Assembly (NCBI GenBank): GCA_964187785.1
Contig: OZ076413.1
Span: forward strand, 42,844,001-42,908,000
Length of the DNA: 64,000 nucleotides
Source: Amphiscolops sp. MND2022
Lineage: Eukaryota
Direction: 5' to 3'
The notes under the pieces are model-generated. The model searched no databases, was not told the DNA's origin, and saw only the letters and a program-made list of their open reading frames with translations. This document shows positions 25,301 through 35,244 of this stretch, one piece after another (position 1 is the first letter of the stretch; every line of letters starts with the position of its first letter). The position numbers and the translations under genes are program-made.

Positions 25301-28300
25301 ACAATGAAAGACTTCAAGAATACCGACCCTCACAGCAAGTACGAAAAAGAATTGTTGAATTAAATGTACAATTATACAACAGATTCTTTAGTTTTTGCGA
25401 CACGCTGGGTACGACGCCGCTGAAAGAGTTCCAGCAGAACAATTACGAATCGTGGATAACACAGTCATCTGACACTGAAAGCCAAACGAGCAATGTCAGA
25501 CAAGAAAAATGTCCCACAAACGCCATCAAAAAGTTTCGGAAACACGAAACAATAAACCTAATCCGATTGAAACAAACCGTGAAGACGAACGACCTAGACG
25601 ACGAACACAATGAGCGGACAGAGGAAACCATCAAGAAGGCCGAAAAAGATTTTGCACTCGACTTGCCGATGCTAGTAGAAGAAACGGCGAAAGACACAAA
25701 AATCTTGAATGCTATCACTGCCGTCGAAAAGAACCAGATTGAGGAGATCTTTCATCCCTATCGGCCACACAGACATCACCTGACAACCCGATTCGGTCTA
25801 CTTTTCTATAACGACAAGATCGTTATACCTGAAGCAATGAGAAGCACAATCATCGCCATGCTCCATCAAGGACATTCATCAGCCACAAAGATGGACCAAT
25901 CATCCGCAGCCTTCTGGTGGCCCGGCCTCTATCGGGAGATAAAGGAAAAAGCGGAAAACTGTCCCAGCTGCAGGTCGTCAGGTAAGAATTTAACAACGCA
26001 ATTACCGTCAACGGAGAAAAACTATTTAGAAATTTTGTTCGAACCGAATCAAGAAATACAATTGGACTTTGCCGGTCCAATAAAATCAAAGACTCGCGGC
26101 GATGTATATATTTTAGTCGCAGTCGACCGTTTTAGCGAATGGCCCATCGCCAAAATTTGTAAAAACACCGACACACGGACAGTTTTAAAATTTTTAACGG
26201 AATATTGTTCAGATAACGGAACACCACGGAGCATACGCACCGACAACGGTAGTTGTTTTAAAAGTAACGAATTCGAAGAATTTTGTAACCAAGAAAATAT
26301 AAAACGCATTAGATGTACACCGAATCTACATACAGGTACCGGCCAAGTAGAAAGAACGATACGGACAATTAAATCATTAACTATAGCTAATATGGCAGAC
26401 GGCCTAACATTTGAAGAAGGTGTTAAATTGGCAATTAAAACAATTAGACAAACTCCGCATAGTAAATTGAATATGACGCCATTCCAAATGCATTACGGAC
26501 GTAAGCCACGCACGGCAATAACCAATCTAATCGGTCGATCAGAATGTCTTCTCTCCAATTGGAAAAAGACACTGACCAATTACGTTTCAGCACAACCCAC
26601 TGAGCTACAGATGTTTACAATCAACGACTCAGAGGGAGAAATGGCAGATTATCTGATTCTTAACGATTCGAAAAAAAGAAACAGATCGGTAAGCAAGGAA
26701 TTTAAACAGTACCAATTTTTTGAAAAAGAAAACAAACCAAATGCAATGAAATGCAGATTTAAAACCAACAAAATACTGACGGCCGTGAATGAAACTAAAC
26801 ACACTATAACAACGTCAGACGGAAAAATAATTCATAAAAAATTAGCGTCAAAACCGATAAAATTTCAGCTGCCGAAAAAGCCAGAGGAAAAGAAGAAACC
26901 AACAAATCGCTGTGTCAGATGCGGAAAGTTTAGCCAAGGAAAGTACTGCGATACCCACAAACGAGTATACGGTATCACCGACGAACCGGGATGCACCCGA
27001 GATACACACACCGCCACCGTCTACGCCGGTACAATGTAGCACCAGTTACGGCACACAACCAAAACAACCGGAAGGCGAACAACAGACGCCAATACGTGCC
27101 ACTGTGAATACCGAAGCCACTCCGAAGAAAAGGAAAACAAGCCCTAAAAGAGGTAACTTAAAAATATTAGACAAAAAGGAATTAAAAAACCATAAAATAC
27201 AAACAGAGTCACCTGACCTTCGTAGATCAAGTAGAATAAAAGGCGCTAAGCGAACCGTAAAATTAGGAGGGGTAGAGTATTTCTAATTGGTTAAGTCGTT
27301 TAGAGTTCTCCAGCCCACTACAACGATTTCTGCGACAACCCTTTCCGAAAATCAAAAAGGAAAACCCAACAGCTGATGTCAAGGTCAAGTGGGAACCCAC
27401 AGAAGCTCAACAATGGCTTCCCTGATTTACAAAGGGGGGAATGAGAAGTAGACGTCACTAAAAAGATGAACTAATTAGTTCATAGTACCTGCCAGTGCCT
27501 ACGATGAAGAGCTTTACAGTATGAACATTAGTTGAAGTTGAACTCTATGATACAGATATTGAACAGTTCATACATTAACGATCATTACTTTGTGTTGATT
27601 TGTATTACTTTTAATTCACCCTTCTTACCATATCTTCTCCGAGTTAACAGCAACTAGATTGAAAGTGTTCCCAGCATTGTCGCATCTTTTAGTGCCCACC
27701 CACAGCATTCTATTATTCGGTTATAATTTGGTCTACCAATAGCAAACGAATCAGTTAAATCAATCGAATAATCATCCAAACAATTTAACAAACGTTTTTT
27801 AACCCAGTTGTTTAGCCGATGGTACAAAATTTTTACAAAAAGTCCAAAAAGGGACAATAACTGAGTCATTCCAATGAACATACTTCTCAATGTTTGTGTA
27901 ACAAGCCAGATTTGAACAACGTACTTAGATTTTTCCGCGGCATAAACTAAACGTAGTACGTACTCAACATAGCCGATAAATGGGATTTTCAGCTGCGGAA
28001 CTTAGGACTACGTTCATCAAGTACCTTCATCAAAATGATACATCTTTCCTTATCTCTATGAAGATTCAGCTGTGAGTTTCAAGTATAATGATCTTATTGG
28101 TACTTTGAACCTCTACAATGCAAACTGGATAACTTGAAAGTAATGTTGACCTAGAATATCTAAACCTCAATGAAAGTTGATTCATGTTGGTGCTTATGGT
28201 TTTAGTTTCAAGTTTTGGTTTTGTTAACTGTATTGACAAGAAAAGCAAGGAAAATTCTTTTAAAGTTAAATCGTATAAAAATTGTAAGATTAAACTTGAA

Positions 28301-30622
28301 TCAGAGAGGAAAAAATTACAAGATTAGTTTTTCATTGAAACTTTTTATCAAATTGTCAAGTCATTGACAATGTCATTGACAATTTCAAGTCATTCAAGTC
28401 ATTGAAAATAAATTATTGTTTATGGTCAGCGAACCCTTAACACCGCGATGAACACAAAGTTATGACTATGCAAAAAAGTAATTCACTGAATGATAGAACC
28501 TAAAAAGTTTCAATTTTGAAATACAGTTGACGATAGGTCAAAGGGGTAATGAATAAAACAATGGTGTGAAATGAAATGAAAAATTGATGTGGAGAACTTT
28601 TGACTAGCCAAATACAATCAATTGTATGTTCCGGTCAATAAACTGCTTGTGAACTGTTGCATTAAAAACTAAGTTTTTTTCATAATTAGATTTTTGAATA
28701 CCAACATTTTTGGTTCTTCTGGAGCATTACGTAATCTCACTTTCAACTGAAAATGATTCAAACTTTCAGGAAATGCCTAGACGTCTTCACCAGTCAGTTG
28801 GTTAAAACTTTTGACGTTTGGAAGCTATTTCGCTTGGAAGAAAAGAAGGCACCCGTTAGGTACATGCGTTAATTGAAAAAAAATTATCGAAATTTGGTGA
28901 CCTTGGGTCTGTTAGTGAAATATGCAGGCAGACACAAATGCCTCACAGCCTAGAGGAGAAAAAGGGTACTTATAGCTAAGAAGAGCCACTAATTCACAGA
29001 GGCACTGTATATTGTCCGAAATTCAGGATTAATGTTCATGTATATCCCAGTGTGAAAGTTCTTGGAATTCTTGCATTTTCGTAAAAACCTTGATAAGAAT
29101 CTTGGAAAGATTGTTATCAAAAGCACCAAGGATATGTACGATCTTGCAATATCTTGGCAAGAGTTTCGAGATATTTGGCAATTGGATCTTACATGTACAT
29201 AAACATGTTTGACATGCCAGTGTAAACCCATTGTAAACTGATACCAATTGGTATAGTAATATTTGATTTCGTATTCCGTGAAAGGGTAATAAAAAGTCGT
29301 CTCTGGAATTTAGTTTACTAGTTTACTTTAATGTGAATTCAAACGCGTCACCGCAGCCAAACAGTTTGAAGTTTGGAAATTCGTATTTCTTTCCAGGTCA
29401 AATTTCACTAAAGTGTGTCTGAGAAATGACTGGTACGTTACGTTTCAGCGAAATCACAATAGTCATCAAACTTTCTACACTAGAGTTTACCCAACACTGT
29501 TATTTCAACACCCCCTCAATTGGTTACTTCGAAAACGCCTGCTCGCTATCTTTAGTATTAGCAGGGACAGCCAAAAGGTCAATTAGAGAATGAATGATAA
29601 AAAGAACTGTCACTTACCGGTCCGTCAAGACTTTCGCGCACATAAAAGCTGGTGTATGTTTCATCTGACCTCGCTATTTCCAGACATGCAACTCCAGCGA
29701 CGCCAGTGAATTGTCGCAATAAGTGGCCGAAGGCGAAAAGCAAGCACGAACAAGACATGTAAATGACTGGTCTCTCAGGGTAGCAGAACCTCTCGCATTT
29801 CAGGAAGTATGTCAGGACTGTAAACCCACACGCTATGATACAGAGACTAGTCCAGATACAGAGCCACGTGAATGCCATCTTTTTATCGGCGTTAGAATAA
29901 TAAACTTCGCGATCACATCTTGGGCTGCAAACTTTCGAGTCGTTGAAGTAAATGAAAAGCTCACTTTGGGCGCAAAGGTTGTTTTCATGGAAACTGCTGA
30001 ACATTGTGTTTTGCAGTTCCGTTGGGTGAGCTCGAAAGTAGGGGTCCAATTTCAAAGGAGGGGCACCCACACTTTGGTGCAGCCCATCTCCCTTGCAGTC
30101 CGCAACTTGAGGTTCCACCTGTTCAACCAGTCGCTGGATTTTCATTTCTGAGATCTGGTTGAAAACCGGAAAGTGTTCCAAACACGATTTGATAACCGGG
30201 AATGACTTGGACACGCATTTTTGTTTCGTCAAATCGCAGTTCGGGTAAAATATTGCACAACCATTGGTCAACATGAGTCTTGAACACTGCTGTATTTGGG
30301 CGACATTCGAGGGTTCTGAGGAGTTGCCGAGACTGATGGAATACTCGTTCAATTTTTCGAACGTTGACGATAAATATTTTTGACCTAATAAACTTGTGGG
30401 GTAATACGTTTTCTTGTAGTTCAGGTACTCTGAGCAAGGGTAAGGTATCACCGATCCGTCAGGGCAGTAATCAATTTCCATCGGTTCGTCAGGTTGACCT
30501 GCCGTTTGACCTTCAAGTTGACCTTGAGTCACTGGGAAGTGAACTGTAACTGCGAATGTGGTAACTAGAAGTGTGAAAATTGCGGCATCCATATTGAATT
30601 TCATTGTAGTGACCATTTTCAT
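12449..30622 (-). CDS. fzd: Frizzled-family Wnt receptor; exons 30622-29618, 14318-14093, 13344-12449; ~708 aa
   Basis: Signal peptide, Cys-rich domain (C..NYKKTYYP..LGQ, CAIFYPNC), RFCYPERPVIYMS, WWLILSFSWFL, YFHLVAW, DGDPLTGLCLVG, IRIGLFAV and the KTLDTW (KTxxxW) motif. Junctions CCG|GTAAGT...TTTCAG|GTG (phase 0) and ACAG|GTATG...TTCCAG|GA (phase 1) give a 2127-nt uninterrupted ORF. Confidence 0.93.
14093..14318 (-). CDS. fzd: Frizzled exon 2 (TM3-TM4)
   Basis: VWCTFTFMLIYY...DGDPLT, bounded by a CAG acceptor and a GT donor. Confidence 0.9.
15822..16341 (+). mobile_element. Helentron/HINE-like non-autonomous element
   Basis: 5' TTTTTAGTCGGCGCT and 3' AGCGCCGACTTGGGTCGGTCCCGGCTTGTT, i.e. 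sub-terminal inverted repeat, small hairpin and CTTGTT end. Internal tRNA-like GGTTCGAGTCC at 16010-16020. Several related copies in the window. Confidence 0.6.
20495..21278. mobile_element. Non-autonomous TIR element with CTTGCAAG palindrome arrays (CMC/EnSpm-like)
   Basis: Ends CTCTGGTGTTGAATAAATGCAT and ATGCATTTTTTTTCAACCAGGG with AT on both flanks. Sub-terminal CTTGCAAG arrays. Related fragments at ~29045-29170 and ~35370-35490. Confidence 0.65.
21890..22097 (+). repeat. 5' LTR
   Basis: TGAGAAGTAG...GAGTTAACA, near-identical to 27442-27649. Confidence 0.97.
22098..22111 (+). promoter_or_regulatory. Primer-binding site, tRNA-Ser type
   Basis: TGGCGCAGTCAGCA directly after the LTR is complementary to the ...UGCUGACUGCGCCA 3' end recalled for invertebrate tRNA-Ser. 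Confidence 0.75.
22117..23058 (+). CDS. gag: Gag with C-terminal CCHC knuckle
   Basis: QQDENETLDEYWKRL..CEF motif and CNNCKKMGHFAKVC. Ends at a single TAA in frame with pol. Confidence 0.9.
   Translation: MDNPDPNTSERSGQQAANQTIMNQTTADRLEKNKYKIPILSDRETDFTKINPRMWWEQISEYIHLTYNRNLEELMNQGVDQMDPHTVYHIKGDVIWALGPKAKHEIMRGQWGKELKDIDLPEMLKLFKKTFIPARNVFHSRAQFFNIQQDENETLDEYWKRLVDIERKCEFNSITPEEIITYKFAATINDKKARDKFIKGPLKLQMVLETIEQDNYNRKYGDKKANKRPRKVKLESSSSEEQVAHTQPIRKQKTAETWKKKIPNRNCRFRGKPNWSMEHICPARRAQCNNCKKMGHFAKVCKSKTVSRIQKGP
23059..27039 (+). CDS. pol: Pol polyprotein: aspartic protease, RT, RNase H, unknown insert, integrase
   Basis: IDTGS; KIDLDYAYGQ and WLDD; TDACNTGLGA, ELELLG, TDHQ; HQGH...CPSC; LDF...TDNG...VER (DDE). 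The C-terminus appears to continue in another frame to 27286 (LRRSSRIK). Confidence 0.95.
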   Translation, partial: TDSDTESWPEIDHIQSVNSINRIDFYKAILLVQGQPIEFIIDTGSPVTIIPPIINTAELHKTTKSFVDVNKNPIKFKGETMVEVKTEKSKTTLPILITENKNTQPLLGLDWLDKLEIGLQGNTNTNIIRYIETDERRQKIVKEYEDLFKNNHTIKDLAIDIQLKKDTKPIQQKGRPVPIHFQKTVKNKLKKLIETGHLEKANNTTENCFVSPAVITIKKDKSVKIALDSRKLNEACVKRKATMPNMEELISKISAEITRSDGEIWMSKIDLDYAYGQAKLTAEAARHCVFSLIGGDFTGHYRFKKGFYGLSDIPTVFQEHIDKVLEFKTPVWLDDIICVTNGTIDDHEREIREVLTKLQNAGYRASERKTELFKQEIIWLGYHIDQKGVKPIKDKTEAITKLMAPKNAKELKSFLGSIQHLAKFINHLSKKTDRMRRLLKKETHWEWTPEIDEDFENLKKEITEPPCLAHFDPKKENYVTTDACNTGLGATLWQKEGKIFRPVAFASRFLTDCERKYAINELELLGALWGLEYFRYFVYGKRVNLLTDHQELQLLLKRNRAHKQYSARLTRWLDRLSHFDVNVQNTAGKNIPLTDYLSRHPIVNTDESAAENNLNGQNETESEEEFVINQIHGLFDFIQTNGSMKRFTERTEPRQKIDQSQHGICKREQNRQTHLLKTSIPLNGVNQIASVNSSNRSAKPSNMDKINGIDMHFIFKKRGHSPDTLRLWTERKRLLKPEKLRIVGKGTDNERLQEYRPSQQVRKRIVELNVQLYNRFFSFCDTLGTTPLKEFQQNNYESWITQSSDTESQTSNVRQEKCPTNAIKKFRKHETINLIRLKQTVKTNDLDDEHNERTEETIKKAEKDFALDLPMLVEETAKDTKILNAITAVEKNQIEEIFHPYRPHRHHLTTRFGLLFYNDKIVIPEAMRSTIIAMLHQGHSSATKMDQSSAAFWWPGLYREIKEKAENCPSCRSSGKNLTTQLPSTEKNYLEILFEPNQEIQLDFAGPIKSKTRGDVYILVAVDRFSEWPIAKICKNTDTRTVLKFLTEYCSDNGTPRSIRTDNGSCFKSNEFEEFCNQENIKRIRCTPNLHTGTGQVERTIRTIKSLTIANMADGLTFEEGVKLAIKTIRQTPHSKLNMTPFQMHYGRKPRTAITNLIGRSECLLSNWKKTLTNYVSAQPTELQMFTINDSEGEMADYLILNDSKKRNRSVSKEFKQYQFFEKENKPNAMKCRFKTNKILTAVNETKHTITTSDGKIIHKKLASKPIKFQLPKKPEEKKKPTNRCVRCGKFSQGKYCDTHKRVYGITDEPGCTRDTHTATVYAGTM
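27442..27649 (+). repeat. 3' LTR
   Basis: Preceded by the PPT and followed by TSD GCAAC. Confidence 0.97.
29618..30622 (-). CDS. fzd: Frizzled exon 1 (signal peptide, CRD, TM1-TM2)
   Basis: Part of ORF 29579-30622. Donor GTAAGT at 29617-29612 follows RESLDGP. Confidence 0.9.
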
Positions 30623-32180
30623 AACTTATTCCGCCACAATATTCCAGACTAACGGAAGGTATATATAAAAAGAACTGTTGAAAGGTGAATAATTTCAATT
30701 ACTTTGCGTCATGCTTTTTTGATTTGTCACGAAAGCGGGAAACCAATTGAGTTTCCAGGAACTCTTTTCCGAGAAAGCCACCAAAAAACAGCAAAAGTTG
30801 GGTAAATCTCAAGAAAAGCTGGAAATCTTCTCACAGCAGAATTCAAGCACCTACTGAAATTTTTGAGTGGTTTCTTGCGATATCTTCTATACGTGGGAAC
30901 CAGGTCAGATCACTGCACCCAGACACTTTCTCGTGTTCTTCTCAAAGGGCTAAAAAGAAAATTATTGGTAAATGTGAATTGTTCACAAAGCTTTTTGATA
31001 AATAAAATTTGTGTGATCTTTCCCGATAAAACTGCCATTACCATGTCACGAACAGTAGGAAAGCATGGCCACCGCTTCAATTACAAGAATTGCAGGTACT
31101 TATGAATGAAATATATAAAATTGTACAAAGTTTTATAACTTTTGTGGTCTTTACGGCAGATTAATTTCAAAAAGACGCTGGCGTGTAACATTCCCGGTTG
31201 ACGGTCAGTTCTAAATGGTAGCACCAAAATTAGCAGAAGCAGAATGATATAATGGATAAATGGAAATCAGAGTGGCAAAATAGTGGCATTTACTTTTAAT
31301 GTAACTGGTTCAAACGTCTGTATCCAGATTTGTGGATAGATCCAAAACCCTTTGAAGAATCCGCCGGTTTAGCTCTGATAGTCGTGGTGTGAGAAAATAG
31401 CGACAGCCCTACAAGCCTTTTAATCTGTCTTTGAAAGTATTTTCAACTCATTATTAATACGTTGGTGCGAAGCCTCTCTTGAAAGTTGTAATTAAACCTT
31501 CCAGTCATAAAATTTTCATAACTAAGAGTAAAACCTTTCATTGGCTTTGAAATTTAAGCAGCGCCAAACTTAACAAAATCTAATTTCTCGAACTCTTGAT
31601 ACGTTTCCGGCCTGAAACTAGTTTGGACCTGTAATCTGTACAAAAGCGTACCAACTCAATTCTCAAACTCTTGTTCCAAAATTGCTTCCAAGCTTATACA
31701 TGTACAGACCTATCTCACTCTTATTCTCGTTTACTTGTGAAGCCAAATTTTCAAACCACAGCAAATGCAAAAATTCTGAATCTAACACAAAACTATTACC
31801 GGCCGTAAAACCCGGCGCGATAAAACCGGCGAAGGTTTTTGCCCGAAAAGTTGCGGGGGTGCTATTAAGTGCTTTGGAAAGAAAGCCAAATTGGGCGTTT
31901 CGTGGGCCCATATTAATCTAATTCCCTAATTCAATTGAAATCTCTCCTTTTATGATTCTAATACCAACACTGGGGAAACTTGAAACGATAGGTAAAAACG
32001 TAAAGCGTACTTAGCTTCCACGTACGAAGTAAGAACAGGGCGACTTTAGTTTCTGTTTTATCTGCCGAATTCAAATCTACTTGTCGACTGTCAAGATTTT
32101 TGAGGGTCAAGAAAAAACAATCTCTCTAATAAAATCGCAATCCAATTGTATTTGAATTACAATATATTTGATTATGATAT

Positions 32181-32537
32181 AAACAAGCCGGGAACGGCAT
32201 ACGTCGGCGCGCTACAAGGTTTGACCTTTCGGATTTTTAAACATCCATTGTTGCAAAACATCAAAAAATTGAAAGGGGACCCTTTGAGGAAAAAAAATTC
32301 GAAAAAAGTCTCACAATGCCGAAAAAACTGAAAGGGGACCCTTAGTCTCGCCCGGTACTGAATGTTACTAGGAAAAAAAGATAAATCTTTTTGATTCTGT
32401 TCGCAAGGCGAAATGGTTCAATTTGACACCATAATATTTCGTAGAACTTTTGATGAAACAATTTTGGCCAGTTCGTGTGGATTGAAAAAAAGTCACTATA
32501 ATAGTCGCGTTTCACTTCATGAAGCACTGACTAAAAA
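32181..32537 (-). mobile_element. HINE-like element copy
   Basis: AAACAAGCCGGGAACGGCATACGTCGGCGC ... AAGCACTGACTAAAAA, the reverse of the 15822-16341 architecture. Confidence 0.55.
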
Positions 32538-34783
32538 TACACATCTTTAGAAACGCGGAGAAAAAAAACGGTAATAAGTGCACTACTACATTTAAATAAC
32601 TTGGGTAACCGAAATTGGGAAAAATTTTTCAATTTAATTATTACATTTTTTCTAAGAAGAAGAATAACTAACGTTGGAGCATTGTGATTCTTTTTCTTCA
32701 ATAATTCGAATGAATTGAAAACGAAAAATGGTTCTAACAAAAATAAAATACCGATTATATGGACAATAATATATTTATGGTTTGCAAAACAGCCGGTCAA
32801 GACATACAGAGTGGTGGTGTAAATGTGAAATTTTGAGATGAATCTTGTAATTTTACAAATAGCAGAAAGTACTTGAAAGATAGATTCCTCGGCGGTGTCG
32901 GAAAAGACCAACTTTGATGACATCGTTACACAGAGTGTTTACCAGCACAGCTCATGTTTAAACTTTGTTTGTAGTTCCTTCATTTGCAACTTCAAACGTG
33001 ACCGGAGCTGAAGACATTTTGAGAGATTTATGTTTGTGAGCACGCATCGAAAAGGACCGCTAAAGACAATTGTCACTAGTTTGTCAATGCCCCCCCCCCC
33101 CTCAAAAGGAATTGACATACTTTTGGCCATTCTTGTTTGACAAAACCGCTTTTGAATAATTTGCACGACATCTCAGCTGGAATCTCTTGACCTCAAAGGC
33201 CAAAGTTACAGGTGTGTTTCTCAATTTTGTGGATTACAGGTCACTCTAATGCAAATTTTTGAACTGTAGGTTTAACAGGAAAAATTATTAGACTTCACGG
33301 TCAATGAAAACAATGAAACATAATGCTTAATCAGATGTTATCAAAACGAGGTTTTTCAAGCATATAAATAAAAAAGCCTGGCCAAATGTAGATTTATCTT
33401 AAGGTCATTTTGAAACATAGTTGCGAACATTGACCCAAAAGACTCGATTACGTTTCAGTTCACGATGACGTCATTTTGTCTCATTCAGTTTGGATTCACT
33501 TAGCGTGTTTTTGTCTGCCTAAGCGTGAAAATAATTAGATCTGCATTCAGAACTGGAGATAATATTAAGAGTTTTCAATTTGAATGTATCTGGATGAGTT
33601 TATGCTTCACAATTCCGCTTCTAAAGAGTCTATTGGGTTTAGACATACAATTTTAGATCTGAAAACTTGAGCATCTACAATAAAAATGATTAAGAGAAAA
33701 TAACATATTTTCATCTCTGAGAAAAAAGAAAAATTAAAGAAATATGTGGAACGTTGTTGTTGTTTTCTGTTTTCCACGGGAGGTTAAAACTCTTTGATGC
33801 ATTTTGACCGACATTATAACAACAGTATAAAAAAGTTGACGTTGAAGATTGACCTATTTCAGCGAGACTTAGATACATCAAGAAACACACTTTTGGAGCT
33901 TTTAACTCATTCATTCTGACCTGATTAATAGCAACTCAAAGCTTTCTTTTAACACTAAGTATCTATAGAAATGAATAAAAACAATTTCATCAGCAATTGA
34001 CAAACTATCAGTAAAAATAATAAAAAGGTTGCTGTCGATTTTCAAAAATGTTCAATGAAAGCTTTCTTGCAGTATCACAACACGTATCTAAAAGTTTTTG
34101 GAAAGGCTAGAAAAGTTGCTTAGAGTAAAGATTTCAGTGAAAAAGCTCAGAATAGTATAAATCGGTGCCCCGTTTAGGACCCGTTTATTCGAAAGCAATC
34201 CAAAAATCCAAACAAGGACACTACATTGTATTGCGAGTTTTTAAAATTTAGGAAACTGTCGCACAGTGCCGAGAAAAACGCAAAGACTCTTTGGTTTCAT
34301 ATAGCTTTGCAATCGAAATATGGATAAAATGTAAAATGAGACCCACGACTCCTTTTGGCCATTTAGATTTGTTGTATATCTTTTCTATTTTGACCCACGT
34401 TGCTATGTGGGAGAGAAAAATTGCTATCTGAGCCTCGTTTTTTCTTTAGCTTCGCCATGTTCCATTTTTCAATACTCAAAAGACAGAGGTTGTTCCACAG
34501 AATTCAACTAGCATAAAATTAGGACCTTAGAATATGTATTTTCGGAGACGTTGAACTTCTTGGTTAAAACAAAATTTTCAAACCAAAAATGCCGCGGAAT
34601 GCACACGAAATAGGCCGAAAAGCCCCCAAAAAATCAAAAACACCGACATTTTCCAGAGTTTGACCTTTTTTCCAACTTGTGTACAATTTCTAAATGTTTT
34701 TTTTTGGGGGGGTATGAATATCCGGAGAGTTCAACAACAAAACAATTAGCAACATGGCTTATTTTTGTTTACAGAGACAACAA

Positions 34784-35244
34784 TTTTTAGTCGCCGCTTT
34801 TAAGAAAAGTCCCCTGCTGTTACAGTGGCTAGATTTTTTTCGTCAGACCTCAGAACTCACCCTGTATGTACCACTTTTTAGTTCGGAAAATATTCGGTCT
34901 AGGGGGAACCCAGCGGTCGGGGTTTGAGTCCCTGCTTCAGTCAGAATCTTTTTCGTGCATTTGCAAAACGGGACGAGACTGAAGGCTCCAATCCTTTCAA
35001 TTTTTTTGGCACTGGGGCTTTTTTTCGAAATTTTTTTTTGTGTTGTCTCCAAAGGGTCCCCCAATTTTTGGCACCATGAGAATATTCGAATTTTTGACGT
35101 TATATCCGAACTATATTGCGTTTCACTAAGGAGGAGACGGATGTTCGAAAACAGTATTTTTCATGAAAACATCTTACGCATATGTTGAAATCTGCGCTCT
35201 TTGAGCCTTAGATAAAGCGCCGACTTTAGACGTTCCGGTCTTGG
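34784..35244 (+). mobile_element. HINE-like element copy
   Basis: TTTTTAGTCGCCGCT ... GAGCCTTAGATAAAGCGCCGACTTTAGACGTTCCGGTCTTG, with internal B-box-like GGTTTGAGTCC. Confidence 0.55.

Larger units (their letters stand above)
21890..27649 (+). mobile_element. Full-length, recently inserted Ty3/Gypsy LTR retrotransposon, antisense in Frizzled intron 1
   Basis: 208-bp LTRs at 21890-22097 and 27442-27649 (TG...CA, 2 mismatches). TSD GCAAC at 21885-21889 and 27650-27654. PBS at 22098-22111, PPT AAAGGGGGGAA at 27431-27441. Domain order gag-PR-RT-RH-IN. Confidence 0.98.

Noticed and set aside
26912..27286. Separate env-like or accessory ORF after pol
   Set aside because: It has no signal peptide or transmembrane segment and ends in the RRSxR motif typical of integrase tails, so it is better explained as a frameshifted Pol C-terminus.
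12449..30622. Smoothened instead of Frizzled (8-Cys CRD, long tail)
   Set aside because: YPERP, RIGLF and KTxxxW are Frizzled-type signatures.
30658..30670. TATA box for Frizzled
   Set aside because: It is only ~40 bp from the ATG in an AT-rich background and the transcription start is unknown.
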